Shown here: positions 20,778 to 29,121 of the stretch, in pieces
Layout of the letters: each line of letters starts with the position of its first letter
Position numbering within the stretch: the stretch's first letter is position 1
Assembly (NCBI GenBank): GCA_046735395.1
Contig: JBJKQR010000078.1
Span: forward strand, 1 to 64,000
DNA length: 64,000 nt
Source of the DNA: Fidelibacterota bacterium
GTDB taxonomy: Bacteria; Fidelibacterota; Fidelibacteria; Fidelibacterales; DSDE01
Direction: 5' to 3'
Position numbers and translations under genes: made by a program
Notes under the pieces: model-generated
Told to the model about the DNA's origin: nothing
The model's database searches: none
Seen by the model: the letters and a program-made list of their open reading frames with translations, nothing else

Positions 20778-21608
20778 ATGAATCAGACTTTTTCAGATAA
20801 ATACAACGAAATTCTGGACTATATCAAGGCTCTGGGAACTGTGGCCGTTGCCTATTCAGGCGGAACGGATTCGACACTTCTGGCCAGGGCCGCCGTCGAT
20901 GCGCTCGGAGAACGGGCTGTCGCCGTGACGATCAAGTCGCCGTCCCTGCCGGCTTCGGAACTGGCAGAGGCAATCTCCGTAGCTGCCGGCATGGGTATCC
21001 GGCATGTAGTGCTGGATGGCAATGAAATGAGCGATCCGCGTTATGTGGAAAATTCTCCACAGCGCTGCTATTACTGTAAATTTCATAATTTCAGCCAGAT
21101 CCGGACTTTTGCCGCTGACGGTGGATTTGAACGGATTGTGGATGGCCATAATGCGGATGATAGCGGAGATTACCGTCCGGGACATCGGGCCGCTTCCGAA
21201 CTGGACGTCCTTTCCCCGCTGAAGGATCTGAATATCGGGAAATCCCTTGTGCGGCAGCTGGCGCGGGAGCAGGGCCTGGCCAACTGGAATAAAGCCGCGT
21301 CCGCCTGTCTCGCATCCCGAATTCCCTACGGAAGTTCGGTAACGTCTGAAAAACTCCGACAGATTGAAGAGGCCGAGGCCTATCTGAAAAGTCTGGGATT
21401 GTCTCCCTGCCGGGTTCGGCACCACGGGAATCTGGCCAGGATAGAAATTCAGCCGGAGGATTTTGACGACTGCATGAAGGCCCGGATTGAAGTTGATGAA
21501 TATTTCAGGAAACTCGGATTTGTATATGTCGCACTGGATCTGGCAGGATTCCGCTCCGGATCCATGAATCTGGTGCTGGAGAAGACGGAGCCGCGGAATG
21601 AGAACTGA
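20778..21608 (+). CDS. larE: ATP-dependent sulfur transferase LarE (NPN cofactor biosynthesis)
   Basis: PP-loop AYSGGTDS, RCYYCK, DYRPG and ACLASRIPYG motifs. Confidence 0.93.
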   Translation: MNQTFSDKYNEILDYIKALGTVAVAYSGGTDSTLLARAAVDALGERAVAVTIKSPSLPASELAEAISVAAGMGIRHVVLDGNEMSDPRYVENSPQRCYYCKFHNFSQIRTFAADGGFERIVDGHNADDSGDYRPGHRAASELDVLSPLKDLNIGKSLVRQLAREQGLANWNKAASACLASRIPYGSSVTSEKLRQIEEAEAYLKSLGLSPCRVRHHGNLARIEIQPEDFDDCMKARIEVDEYFRKLGFVYVALDLAGFRSGSMNLVLEKTEPRNEN

Positions 21609-22374
21609 CGGAATTCACGATCTGCTCCGGGATTTTCGTCAGGGGATGATTGACGAAGACACACTCATCGGAGAACTGAAGAAACAGTCAGTGCTCTCAT
21701 TGGGACACAGCGTTTTAGATATGGACAGGGAAAGCCGGAACGGGTTTGGAGAAGTGATCTTTTGTGAACGGAAAACGCTGTCCCAGCTGCGGGATATTTT
21801 CTCTGCCCTGCTGGATAAAGGTCAGAAGGTGCTGGGTACGCGTGTGGATGCGGAAAAAGGCCGGGCTCTCTGTCAGGACTTCCCGGTTCTGCGCTTCGAT
21901 GAAACGGCGCGACTGATCCGGACCGGCGGAAGCGGAGATGCGGAATCGCTCCGTGACAGCGGGGTTCTGATCGTGACCGGAGGAACCTCCGACATGTCCG
22001 TGGCGGAAGAAGCGGCTCGGACTCTGGAATTTTTCGGACAGCGGCCCCGGCGTCTCTATGATGTGGGCGTTGCCGGACTGCACCGGCTTCTCATGCATAT
22101 GGAGGATCTGCGCAGTGCCTCCGTCGTCATCGTTATCGCCGGTATGGAAGGTGCGCTGGCCACGGTGGTGGGCGGGCTCGTATCGGTTCCCGTCATTGCC
22201 GTTCCCACTTCGGTGGGCTATGGAAGCCATTTTGAAGGACTTGCATCTCTGCTGGCCATGCTGAACTCCTGTGCTACCGGTGTGACGGTTGTAAATATTG
22301 ATAATGGGTTTGGTGCTGCGGCTGCGGCTCTGAAAATGTTGATGATTAATGCGCATGAAAGTGATATGAAATGA
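21598..22374 (+). CDS. larB: Nickel-pincer cofactor carboxylase/hydrolase LarB
   Basis: GTSD..VAEEA, DVGVAGLHRL, AGMEGAL, PTSVGYG and VVNIDNGFGA motifs. Confidence 0.95.
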   Translation: MRTDGIHDLLRDFRQGMIDEDTLIGELKKQSVLSLGHSVLDMDRESRNGFGEVIFCERKTLSQLRDIFSALLDKGQKVLGTRVDAEKGRALCQDFPVLRFDETARLIRTGGSGDAESLRDSGVLIVTGGTSDMSVAEEAARTLEFFGQRPRRLYDVGVAGLHRLLMHMEDLRSASVVIVIAGMEGALATVVGGLVSVPVIAVPTSVGYGSHFEGLASLLAMLNSCATGVTVVNIDNGFGAAAAALKMLMINAHESDMK

Positions 22375-23564
22375 CAACCGAAGGTCTGCTCTACATCGAT
22401 GCGGTGAATGGCCTGAGCGGAGACATGTTTCTGGGCGCCCTGTGTGACCTGGGCTACCCGGTGGAAAAATATGAAGCCTGTATCCGTGATCTAGGGCTGA
22501 CAGATGTTCAGATAACTCTGCAGAAGGTGATGAGACAGGCCGTCTCAGCCGGCTATATCCAGGTCCATGACAGACAGGCCGAACGGCAGTTCCGTTCACT
22601 GGATCAGATCGAAAAATTAGTCCGGGCGTCAAAGCTGTCCCCTCAGATTCAGGAACGGGGCCTGAAAATATTTCATCGGATCGCCGAGGCCGAAGCGTCG
22701 GTTCACGGGACCGGGATACAGGACGTACATTTTCATGAGCTCGGCGCTGTCGACACGCTTGTGGATGTATTCTGTACACTGCAGGCACTCCATGATCTGA
22801 ATATTCATCGTGTCATCTGTTCGCCGCTTCCGATGGGACGCGGAATGATTCGCAGTGATCACGGGCTCATTCCCCTGCCTGCTCCGGCTACCATCAGTCT
22901 GCTGAAGGGGGCAGAGCTTCGTCCTTCATCGCAGAATGCTGAACTGGTGACGCCGACGGGTGCTGCACTGGCCGCCGGACTGGCCGAAGCCTTCGGAGAC
23001 ATTCCCCGGATGGTGCTGAGAAAATCCGGATACGGCGCAGGATCCCGGAATGGAGACATTCCCAATGTCATCCGCCTCCTGCTCGGTGATGCCGTCCGAT
23101 CTGAGAGCGAATCATCGCTGTGGATGATTGAATGCAATATTGATGATATGAACCCGGAATTCTATGACCATATCATGGACCAGCTTTTTACTGCAGGCGC
23201 TCTGGATGTCTTCATGGTTCCCATCCACATGAAGAAGAATCGTCCCGCGGTGCTGCTTTCGGTTCTGAGCCCCCCTGTTCAGAAAAATATGTTAATGGAT
23301 ATCATCCTGAAGGAAACGACAACGGGCGGACTCCGCTATTATCGCGTGGACCGGCGGATCCTTGACCGCAGCTTTGAAACGGTAAACACGGTATACGGAC
23401 AGCTTCGCATCAAGATTTTCAGCGAAGGTGGCCGGGTGCTTCGCCGGGTTCCGGAATATGATGACTGTGCTGCGCTGGCCGCAGAAACGGATGCGGCGAT
23501 ACAGGATGTGTATAATGAGGCGCTCCGGGCGGCTCAGGAAACGGGGATGAGGCATGATGACTGA
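22371..23564 (+). CDS. larC: Nickel insertase LarC (full-length, not split)
   Basis: GLSGDMFLGAL, VHFHELGAVD, PAPAT, ELVTPTGAA, NIDD, MKKNRP and PEYDDC motifs. Confidence 0.94.
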   Translation: MTTEGLLYIDAVNGLSGDMFLGALCDLGYPVEKYEACIRDLGLTDVQITLQKVMRQAVSAGYIQVHDRQAERQFRSLDQIEKLVRASKLSPQIQERGLKIFHRIAEAEASVHGTGIQDVHFHELGAVDTLVDVFCTLQALHDLNIHRVICSPLPMGRGMIRSDHGLIPLPAPATISLLKGAELRPSSQNAELVTPTGAALAAGLAEAFGDIPRMVLRKSGYGAGSRNGDIPNVIRLLLGDAVRSESESSLWMIECNIDDMNPEFYDHIMDQLFTAGALDVFMVPIHMKKNRPAVLLSVLSPPVQKNMLMDIILKETTTGGLRYYRVDRRILDRSFETVNTVYGQLRIKIFSEGGRVLRRVPEYDDCAALAAETDAAIQDVYNEALRAAQETGMRHDD

Positions 23565-24252
23565 AAAAGGGCTGATTTGTGTAAGCGGCGCGTCCGGCGG
23601 AATCGGAGCGGCTGTTGTCCGGAAACTCCTGAATTCCGGCCGCAGTGTAGTACAGATTTCCCGACGCCGGGAAGCCATGGAACGCAATATTCCCGGCGCT
23701 GATCCCGATCTGATCTATACGGCTGACCTGTCAGATCCGCAGCAGGCAGACAGGATATTTTCTGCGATTGCCAGGGACCATCCGGACATCACCGCGTTTG
23801 TCCATTGTGCCGGAACCGCTGTGTTTGACCAGGTGGAACATCTTTCCACCGGGGACTGGACCCGGGTGATGAACGTGAATCTGAACGCGGCCTTTATTGC
23901 CGCCAGAACCTTTATTCCTCTATTCCGTACCATCGGGCAGGGCCATTTTATCTTTGTCAATTCGGTGGCGGCAAGGGATATCTTTCCGCAGGGAGCTGCC
24001 TACGGTGTGAGCAAGGCCGCTCTGAAAAGCTTTGCCGATCACCTGCGGGAGGAATGTCGTCCGGATCGTATTGCCGTGACCTCGCTTTATCCGGGCGCCG
24101 TAGATACACCCTGGTGGAACGGATCGGATTTTGACCGGACATCAATGGTTCCGGCCGACCATGTAGCCGAGACGATATACAGCATTCTGAACATGCCTCC
24201 GCAGGCTGTGATTGAAGACCTGACGCTTCGCCGAATCGAAGGAAATTTCTGA
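23554..24252 (+). CDS. Short-chain dehydrogenase/reductase
   Basis: GASGGIG Rossmann motif, NS, YGVSK catalytic motif, PGAVDT. Confidence 0.9.
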   Translation: MMTEKGLICVSGASGGIGAAVVRKLLNSGRSVVQISRRREAMERNIPGADPDLIYTADLSDPQQADRIFSAIARDHPDITAFVHCAGTAVFDQVEHLSTGDWTRVMNVNLNAAFIAARTFIPLFRTIGQGHFIFVNSVAARDIFPQGAAYGVSKAALKSFADHLREECRPDRIAVTSLYPGAVDTPWWNGSDFDRTSMVPADHVAETIYSILNMPPQAVIEDLTLRRIEGNF

Positions 24253-24274
24253 ATATTAGTTAAACACGCAGTGA

Positions 24275-25129
24275 TTACTGTTTATGGGGAGACTGTCGGT
24301 ATTCCCCCGGCGTCACGCCCTTGATCTTTCTGAAAATCCGGTAAAAATACCCCAGCGTATCAAAACCGGCTTCAAAGGCGCATTGCGGTATGGACAGGTC
24401 GCCCTGATCAAGCAGCTGAGCGGCATAATGGATGCGCAGACGATTCAGCGTCTGGGTCATGGTCTCCCCGCTCTCCCGCCGATAAAATCGGCAGAAGGCT
24501 TCGGTAGACATGCTGACCTGCCGGGCCGCTTCATCCAGAGTGATTTTCCGTGTATAATTATTGAGAAAAAACTGCCGGGCCACTTTCATTTTTGGGCCGC
24601 TTCCGCCTGGATCCTCAGGGATCGGCGTGTCACAGATTCGCTGACTTTCGAGGGAGGCAAGGTATTGAAGGAAATGAAGAAATGCAGTGAAGCGATTCAG
24701 GGGAGTCTGATCCTGTAGGGCTTGAAAGAGTGCGGGAATTTCGGATCCGACGGGAAAATTCAAACCTCTGCCGCTGTTTTTCAGAAGTTCGGCAGCCAGC
24801 GTGAATTCGGGGACTCGGCTGAGGATACCGGCCAGATCCGGATGAAACTGCAGGACCAGAGCTTCGGTGACCAGCTTCGATTCGGGATTGAAATATTCCC
24901 CGTCATTGATCCAGACATGAGGCAGATCCGGCCCGATCAGAACAGTATCTCCGGGATGGAAGGGAAGCCGGGTCTCACCGATATGCCGGACACCATGCCC
25001 CTGAATAATATGGACAAATTCATATTCCTGATGATAATGCCAGGGAATTCGAAAATGCGGGACCGTCACTTTCACGGCCTTGAAACTCTGCTGCCCCGGC
25101 AGTCGAAGTGTTTCCTGTATGAGTTTCAT
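24275..25129 (-). CDS. AraC-family transcriptional regulator with N-terminal cupin domain
   Basis: WHYHQEYE...GPDLPH cupin; C-terminal HTH (AFCRF, GF....YFYRIFRK.KG.TP.EYR); ATG 25129 with AGGAG SD. Confidence 0.92.
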   Translation of the reverse strand: MKLIQETLRLPGQQSFKAVKVTVPHFRIPWHYHQEYEFVHIIQGHGVRHIGETRLPFHPGDTVLIGPDLPHVWINDGEYFNPESKLVTEALVLQFHPDLAGILSRVPEFTLAAELLKNSGRGLNFPVGSEIPALFQALQDQTPLNRFTAFLHFLQYLASLESQRICDTPIPEDPGGSGPKMKVARQFFLNNYTRKITLDEAARQVSMSTEAFCRFYRRESGETMTQTLNRLRIHYAAQLLDQGDLSIPQCAFEAGFDTLGYFYRIFRKIKGVTPGEYRQSPHKQ

Positions 25130-25161
25130 CGATCTGAACTCCTGTCTCAATGATTTGCACA

Positions 25162-25190
25162 ATACTATGAAAAAACATGGAATATGTCAA
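25162..25190 (-). promoter_or_regulatory. sigma70-type promoter of the araC gene
   Basis: Minus strand reads TTGACA-17 bp-TAGTAT. Confidence 0.7.
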
Positions 25191-25220
25191 TAAAGTAGAA
25201 ATTATTGTTAAAATTGTGGA
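25185..25220 (+). promoter_or_regulatory. Candidate tandem AraC half-sites
   Basis: TGTCAATAAAGTAGA and TGTTAAAATTGTGGA match at 10/15 positions with a 21-bp period, upstream of TAATTT (25243-25248). Confidence 0.5.
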
Positions 25221-25268
25221 GGAATCCCAAGTATAGCCGGAGTAATTTTCCACGGGAAAGGGGAAGAT

Positions 25269-26312
25269 ATGCTGGAAAAGAGAAAATATGCAGCGGATTT
25301 TTCGGAACTGGCTCAGGTGCTACGGCATGATAAGCCCAGCCGGCCGGTTCTGTTTGAATTTGCCTGGAATGACCGGATTACAGCCTGGCTGTCCGGAATT
25401 CCCAAGCCGGATCCCGATGATCGGATTCAGCCTTTTCGCCGGCTGATTCACAGTTTTCACAATGGCGGTTATGACTACGCGACCATTTCGGCATGGCGAA
25501 CCAATACCTTCTCATTCCCGAAGAATATTGATGAAGGGAAGGACAGCCGATCTCTGAACTCCGGATCGCTGATCGTGGACTGGGATAGTTATGAGGCCTA
25601 TGACTGGCCGAATCCGGAAGTGGGAGATTATGATATTTATCAGGATCTGAAGGGAGAGCTGCCGGAGGGGATGAAACTGATTGCTTCATCCAATGGCGGC
25701 CTTCTGGAAAATGTCATTGATATCTGCGGTTTTGAAACGCTGTCTCTCATGACTCTGCTGGAGGAAGACATGGCTACGGCCATCTTTGATGCCGTGGGCA
25801 GCCGGCTGGTTAAATTTTATGAAATCGTATCCTCGGCGGACACCATCGGAGCCCTGATCATGAATGATGACTGGGGTTTCAAGAACCAGACAATGTTTGC
25901 GCCGGAGGTTCTGCGAAAATTTGTATTCCCCTGGCATAAGAAAATGGTGGAGGCGGTACACCGGAACGGGAAGTACGCCATCCTGCACAGCTGCGGGAAT
26001 GTACGGCCTGTGATGGATGATATTATCGATGATATGGGTTATGATGCGAAGCATTCCTTTGAGGATCAGATCTTCACGGTGGAGGAAGCCTGGGAGACCT
26101 GGGGCCGGCGTATCGGGATCGTCGGCGGCGTGGATATGGATTTTCTGGCGCGGAAGTCGCCGGAGGAAATCGAGAAGCGCTGTCATCACCTCCTGGACAT
26201 GACCCGGGAAACGGGAAGCTACGGCCTCGGATCCGGAAACAGTATTCCGGAATATATACCCGATGAACATTTTCTCACTCTGGTCAATTCCGTAAATACC
26301 TGGAAGGGATAA
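25269..26312 (+). CDS. Uroporphyrinogen decarboxylase / MtaA-like (methylcobamide methyltransferase) family protein
   Basis: YDWPNP, DDWGFK, FVFPWHKK, LHSCGN and GGVD motifs; adjacent to a corrinoid protein. Confidence 0.85.
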   Translation: MLEKRKYAADFSELAQVLRHDKPSRPVLFEFAWNDRITAWLSGIPKPDPDDRIQPFRRLIHSFHNGGYDYATISAWRTNTFSFPKNIDEGKDSRSLNSGSLIVDWDSYEAYDWPNPEVGDYDIYQDLKGELPEGMKLIASSNGGLLENVIDICGFETLSLMTLLEEDMATAIFDAVGSRLVKFYEIVSSADTIGALIMNDDWGFKNQTMFAPEVLRKFVFPWHKKMVEAVHRNGKYAILHSCGNVRPVMDDIIDDMGYDAKHSFEDQIFTVEEAWETWGRRIGIVGGVDMDFLARKSPEEIEKRCHHLLDMTRETGSYGLGSGNSIPEYIPDEHFLTLVNSVNTWKG

Positions 26313-26317
26313 GAATT

Positions 26318-26977
26318 ATGCAAGATATACTGAAGCAGCTGGCTCATATGGTAGAAGTCGGCAAGATCAATGCCGCAACTCCCTACCCGCCCGAACTGAA
26401 AGGGCAGGAGGGCGCGGACGAACTGACGAGGAAGGCGCTGGATGCGGGAATCGAAGCCGTGACCATTCTTCAGGGTGCTCTTATGCCGGGTATGAATGCC
26501 ATCGGGGAAAAATTTGCCCGGGGAGAGGCTTTCATTCCCAATATGCTGATAGCCGCGAAGGCCATGAATGCAGCGATGGTTCACCTCAAACCCTTTTTCG
26601 AAGGGGATTCCGCCCAAAATCGCGGTACGCTGGTTCTCGGGACAGTACAGGGAGATCTGCATGACATCGGCAAGAATCTGGTGCGGATGATCATGAGCGG
26701 AGACGGATGGAATGTGATTGATCTGGGTGTGGATGTAAAGGCCGAATCCTTTCTGCAGACGGTCCGGGAAAATCCCGGCTGCGTGGTGGGCATGAGCGCG
26801 CTGCTGACGACCACCATGCTGAACATGAAGGACAATATTCAGCTGCTTCGGCAGGAAGATCCGGATCTGAAGATTTTTATCGGCGGCGCGGCGGTGAGCG
26901 CGGAATTTGCCGAGAGCATTGAGGCCACCGGATTTTTCAGAGATCCCCACAGTTTTGCAAAATATTTTCATGACTGA
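26318..26977 (+). CDS. Corrinoid (B12-binding) methyl-carrier protein, MtaC-like
   Basis: Cap domain (LMPGM..IGEKF..GEAFIP); GTVQGDLHDIGKNLV (DxHxxG); SALLTTTM; GGA. Confidence 0.92.
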   Translation: MQDILKQLAHMVEVGKINAATPYPPELKGQEGADELTRKALDAGIEAVTILQGALMPGMNAIGEKFARGEAFIPNMLIAAKAMNAAMVHLKPFFEGDSAQNRGTLVLGTVQGDLHDIGKNLVRMIMSGDGWNVIDLGVDVKAESFLQTVRENPGCVVGMSALLTTTMLNMKDNIQLLRQEDPDLKIFIGGAAVSAEFAESIEATGFFRDPHSFAKYFHD

Positions 26978-27013
26978 TCAACCATTCGCTGATGACCGCT
27001 CAGGAGAGATAGG

Positions 27014-28384
27014 ATGAAACAGTATTCACAGCTCGCGATCAGCAATCCTGACGACCTCCGCTTCGGCTATGCACCCCACCCGGTAAGCTGTCCCCGTGGG
27101 CTGCGTATCGGCTCCGGACTCGTTTATCCGGAAATCAATTTTACACTTCCGCCCATGAAAATAGAGGAAGGAAGCTGGCCTGCTGTCGAGCGGCATTACA
27201 GGGACATGCTGGAATCCATACTTCGGCGTACCCGGGCTTTGGATATTCCCGGTCTCGTGATGGAGTACGAGTTGCTTCCGCCCATGACAGACCGTCCGCA
27301 GTGGGGCGCCGACATCACCGCCCTTCTCCGGAACGGACTGGATACATTCAGCGAAAGCACGAAAATTCCGACAGCTCTGCGGGTAACCGTCACCGATCTG
27401 AGAGACGGGGACAGGCCGCCCTTGCTTCGCAGCGGCCGCCTGACGGAGAAAATGCTGGAATCCTTTGAAAAAACGGCGGCAGCCGGTGCGGATATCCTGT
27501 CCATCGAATCCGTGGGCGGGAAGGAAGTCCATGATCAGGCTTTGCTTCAGGCGGATATTCCCGGTATCTGTGCTGCACTGGGAATCCTTTCATCCCGGGA
27601 TATGGAGTGGCTCTGGTCCCGTATTGTCGATATTTCTGCACGGAATGGAATTATTGCCGGAGGCGATACGGCCTGCGGTTTTGCCAATACTGCCATGCAA
27701 TTGGCGGGTCAGGGTATGATTCCGTCTGTGCTGGCCGCACTGGACCGGGTCGCAACGGTGCCGCGCTCGCTGATCGCCTTTGCTGCCGGTGCCCAGGGTC
27801 CGTCCAAGGACTGCGCCTACGAGGGTCCCTTCATGAAGGCCATTGCCGGGGTGCCGGTTTCCATGGAAGGCCGGTCTGCCTGCTGTGCTCATTTTTCACC
27901 CATCGGAAATATTTCCGGATATGCTGCGGACCTGTGGTCCAATGAATCTGTGCAGAATATCCGGCTTCTCAGCGGTTCTGCGCCGGAAGCTTTTACTGAG
28001 CTTCTCGGTTATGACTGCCGACTCTACAACAGCGCCAGCCCGGAGCAGGCAAAAAATTACCGTGATCTGCTTATCCGCTCTGATGTCTCCCTGTCGCCGG
28101 AGGCATTTGTTCTGGCGCCCGAAAATGTGATATCTCTTTCCCGGACCGCAATTGAAGCGGGTTCGGATCCCTATGCCCAGACCCGGGCCATCCTCACTGC
28201 CGGGTTTGACCTGCTGCAGAAAGGCGCCGAAGAGGGACAGGTGCGCATCCGGGAACAGGAACTCAGCTGGCTGGGCCAATTCGGTGACGCTCTGTCTCAG
28301 ATTCCGGAAGACGAATCCTCCGCCCTGGCATACCTCATTGAAAATTACAGTGCGGAATTCCGGCCTGAAAGTTACGGTCTATGA
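27014..28384 (+). CDS. mtaB: Methanol:corrinoid methyltransferase MtaB family
   Basis: FG.AP.PV...GL.IG.G..YPEINF, SIESVGGKE, GDTACGFANTA, GPSKDCAYE and DLWSNES motifs. Confidence 0.88.
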   Translation: MKQYSQLAISNPDDLRFGYAPHPVSCPRGLRIGSGLVYPEINFTLPPMKIEEGSWPAVERHYRDMLESILRRTRALDIPGLVMEYELLPPMTDRPQWGADITALLRNGLDTFSESTKIPTALRVTVTDLRDGDRPPLLRSGRLTEKMLESFEKTAAAGADILSIESVGGKEVHDQALLQADIPGICAALGILSSRDMEWLWSRIVDISARNGIIAGGDTACGFANTAMQLAGQGMIPSVLAALDRVATVPRSLIAFAAGAQGPSKDCAYEGPFMKAIAGVPVSMEGRSACCAHFSPIGNISGYAADLWSNESVQNIRLLSGSAPEAFTELLGYDCRLYNSASPEQAKNYRDLLIRSDVSLSPEAFVLAPENVISLSRTAIEAGSDPYAQTRAILTAGFDLLQKGAEEGQVRIREQELSWLGQFGDALSQIPEDESSALAYLIENYSAEFRPESYGL

Positions 28385-29073
28385 CCGGTATTTCAGACAT
28401 CCGTCTCTTCTACCCCGAGGCCGCTGAACTTCAGCTTGCCCCGGAAAATGTGTATGCAGCTATGGGATACAAGGATGGACAGGCTCCCGGGCAGGTGACC
28501 GATCTGACACCCGAACTGATTTCTGATGCTGCAAATCATCTGAAACCGGTGGCTGTGTTCAGAATATTTGATAGCTCGGATATTCATATCGAAAAAGGCC
28601 GCATTACGGTTCAGGATAAGCCCTTTGACATTCAGAAAATTATCTGGTCACAGATCCGCCGGAGTGAGTCCTTTGCCTTCTTTATCGTTTCGCTGGGGAA
28701 GAGTTTCGATGCCTGGGTTCATAGCTTTTACCATAATGAGGATGCCTTTTCTGCCTATATCGGTGACACCATCGGCTCCGAATACGCGGAAAAACTGGCG
28801 GACTGGCTGCAGGATAAAATTGAGACGGAAGCCGGTGAGCAGGGGCTGCATATCACGAACCGGTTTTCCCCGGGCTACTGTGGCTGGTCGGTCCGGGAAC
28901 AGCATGCGCTGTTTTCCTTTTTTCCCGATTTCAGCGATGTGACCCTCACGGATTCTGCACTGATGAATCCGGTAAAATCCGTATCCGGCCTGATCGGCAT
29001 CGGAGCAGACGTTCAGAAACAGGATTATTTCTGTAATATCTGTGATGCGAAGGATTGCTACAAACGACGCTGA
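28381..29073 (+). CDS. Stand-alone B12-dependent methionine synthase activation domain protein
   Basis: D.IGS..AE, RFSPGYCGW, LM.P.KSVSG.IG and C-terminal CxxC...C motifs. Confidence 0.85.
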   Translation: MTGISDIRLFYPEAAELQLAPENVYAAMGYKDGQAPGQVTDLTPELISDAANHLKPVAVFRIFDSSDIHIEKGRITVQDKPFDIQKIIWSQIRRSESFAFFIVSLGKSFDAWVHSFYHNEDAFSAYIGDTIGSEYAEKLADWLQDKIETEAGEQGLHITNRFSPGYCGWSVREQHALFSFFPDFSDVTLTDSALMNPVKSVSGLIGIGADVQKQDYFCNICDAKDCYKRR

Positions 29074-29121
29074 TCCGCGTCTTTTATTCTCATTTACCCG
29101 CCATATTTCGTAATTTATCAG

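Noticed and set aside
22371..23564. Programmed frameshift in larC
   Set aside because: larC is a single uninterrupted ORF here
25269..29073. Pyrrolysine or selenocysteine read-through in the methyltransferase cluster
   Set aside because: All ORFs are full length with no internal TAG/TGA, and MtaB is not a Pyl enzyme
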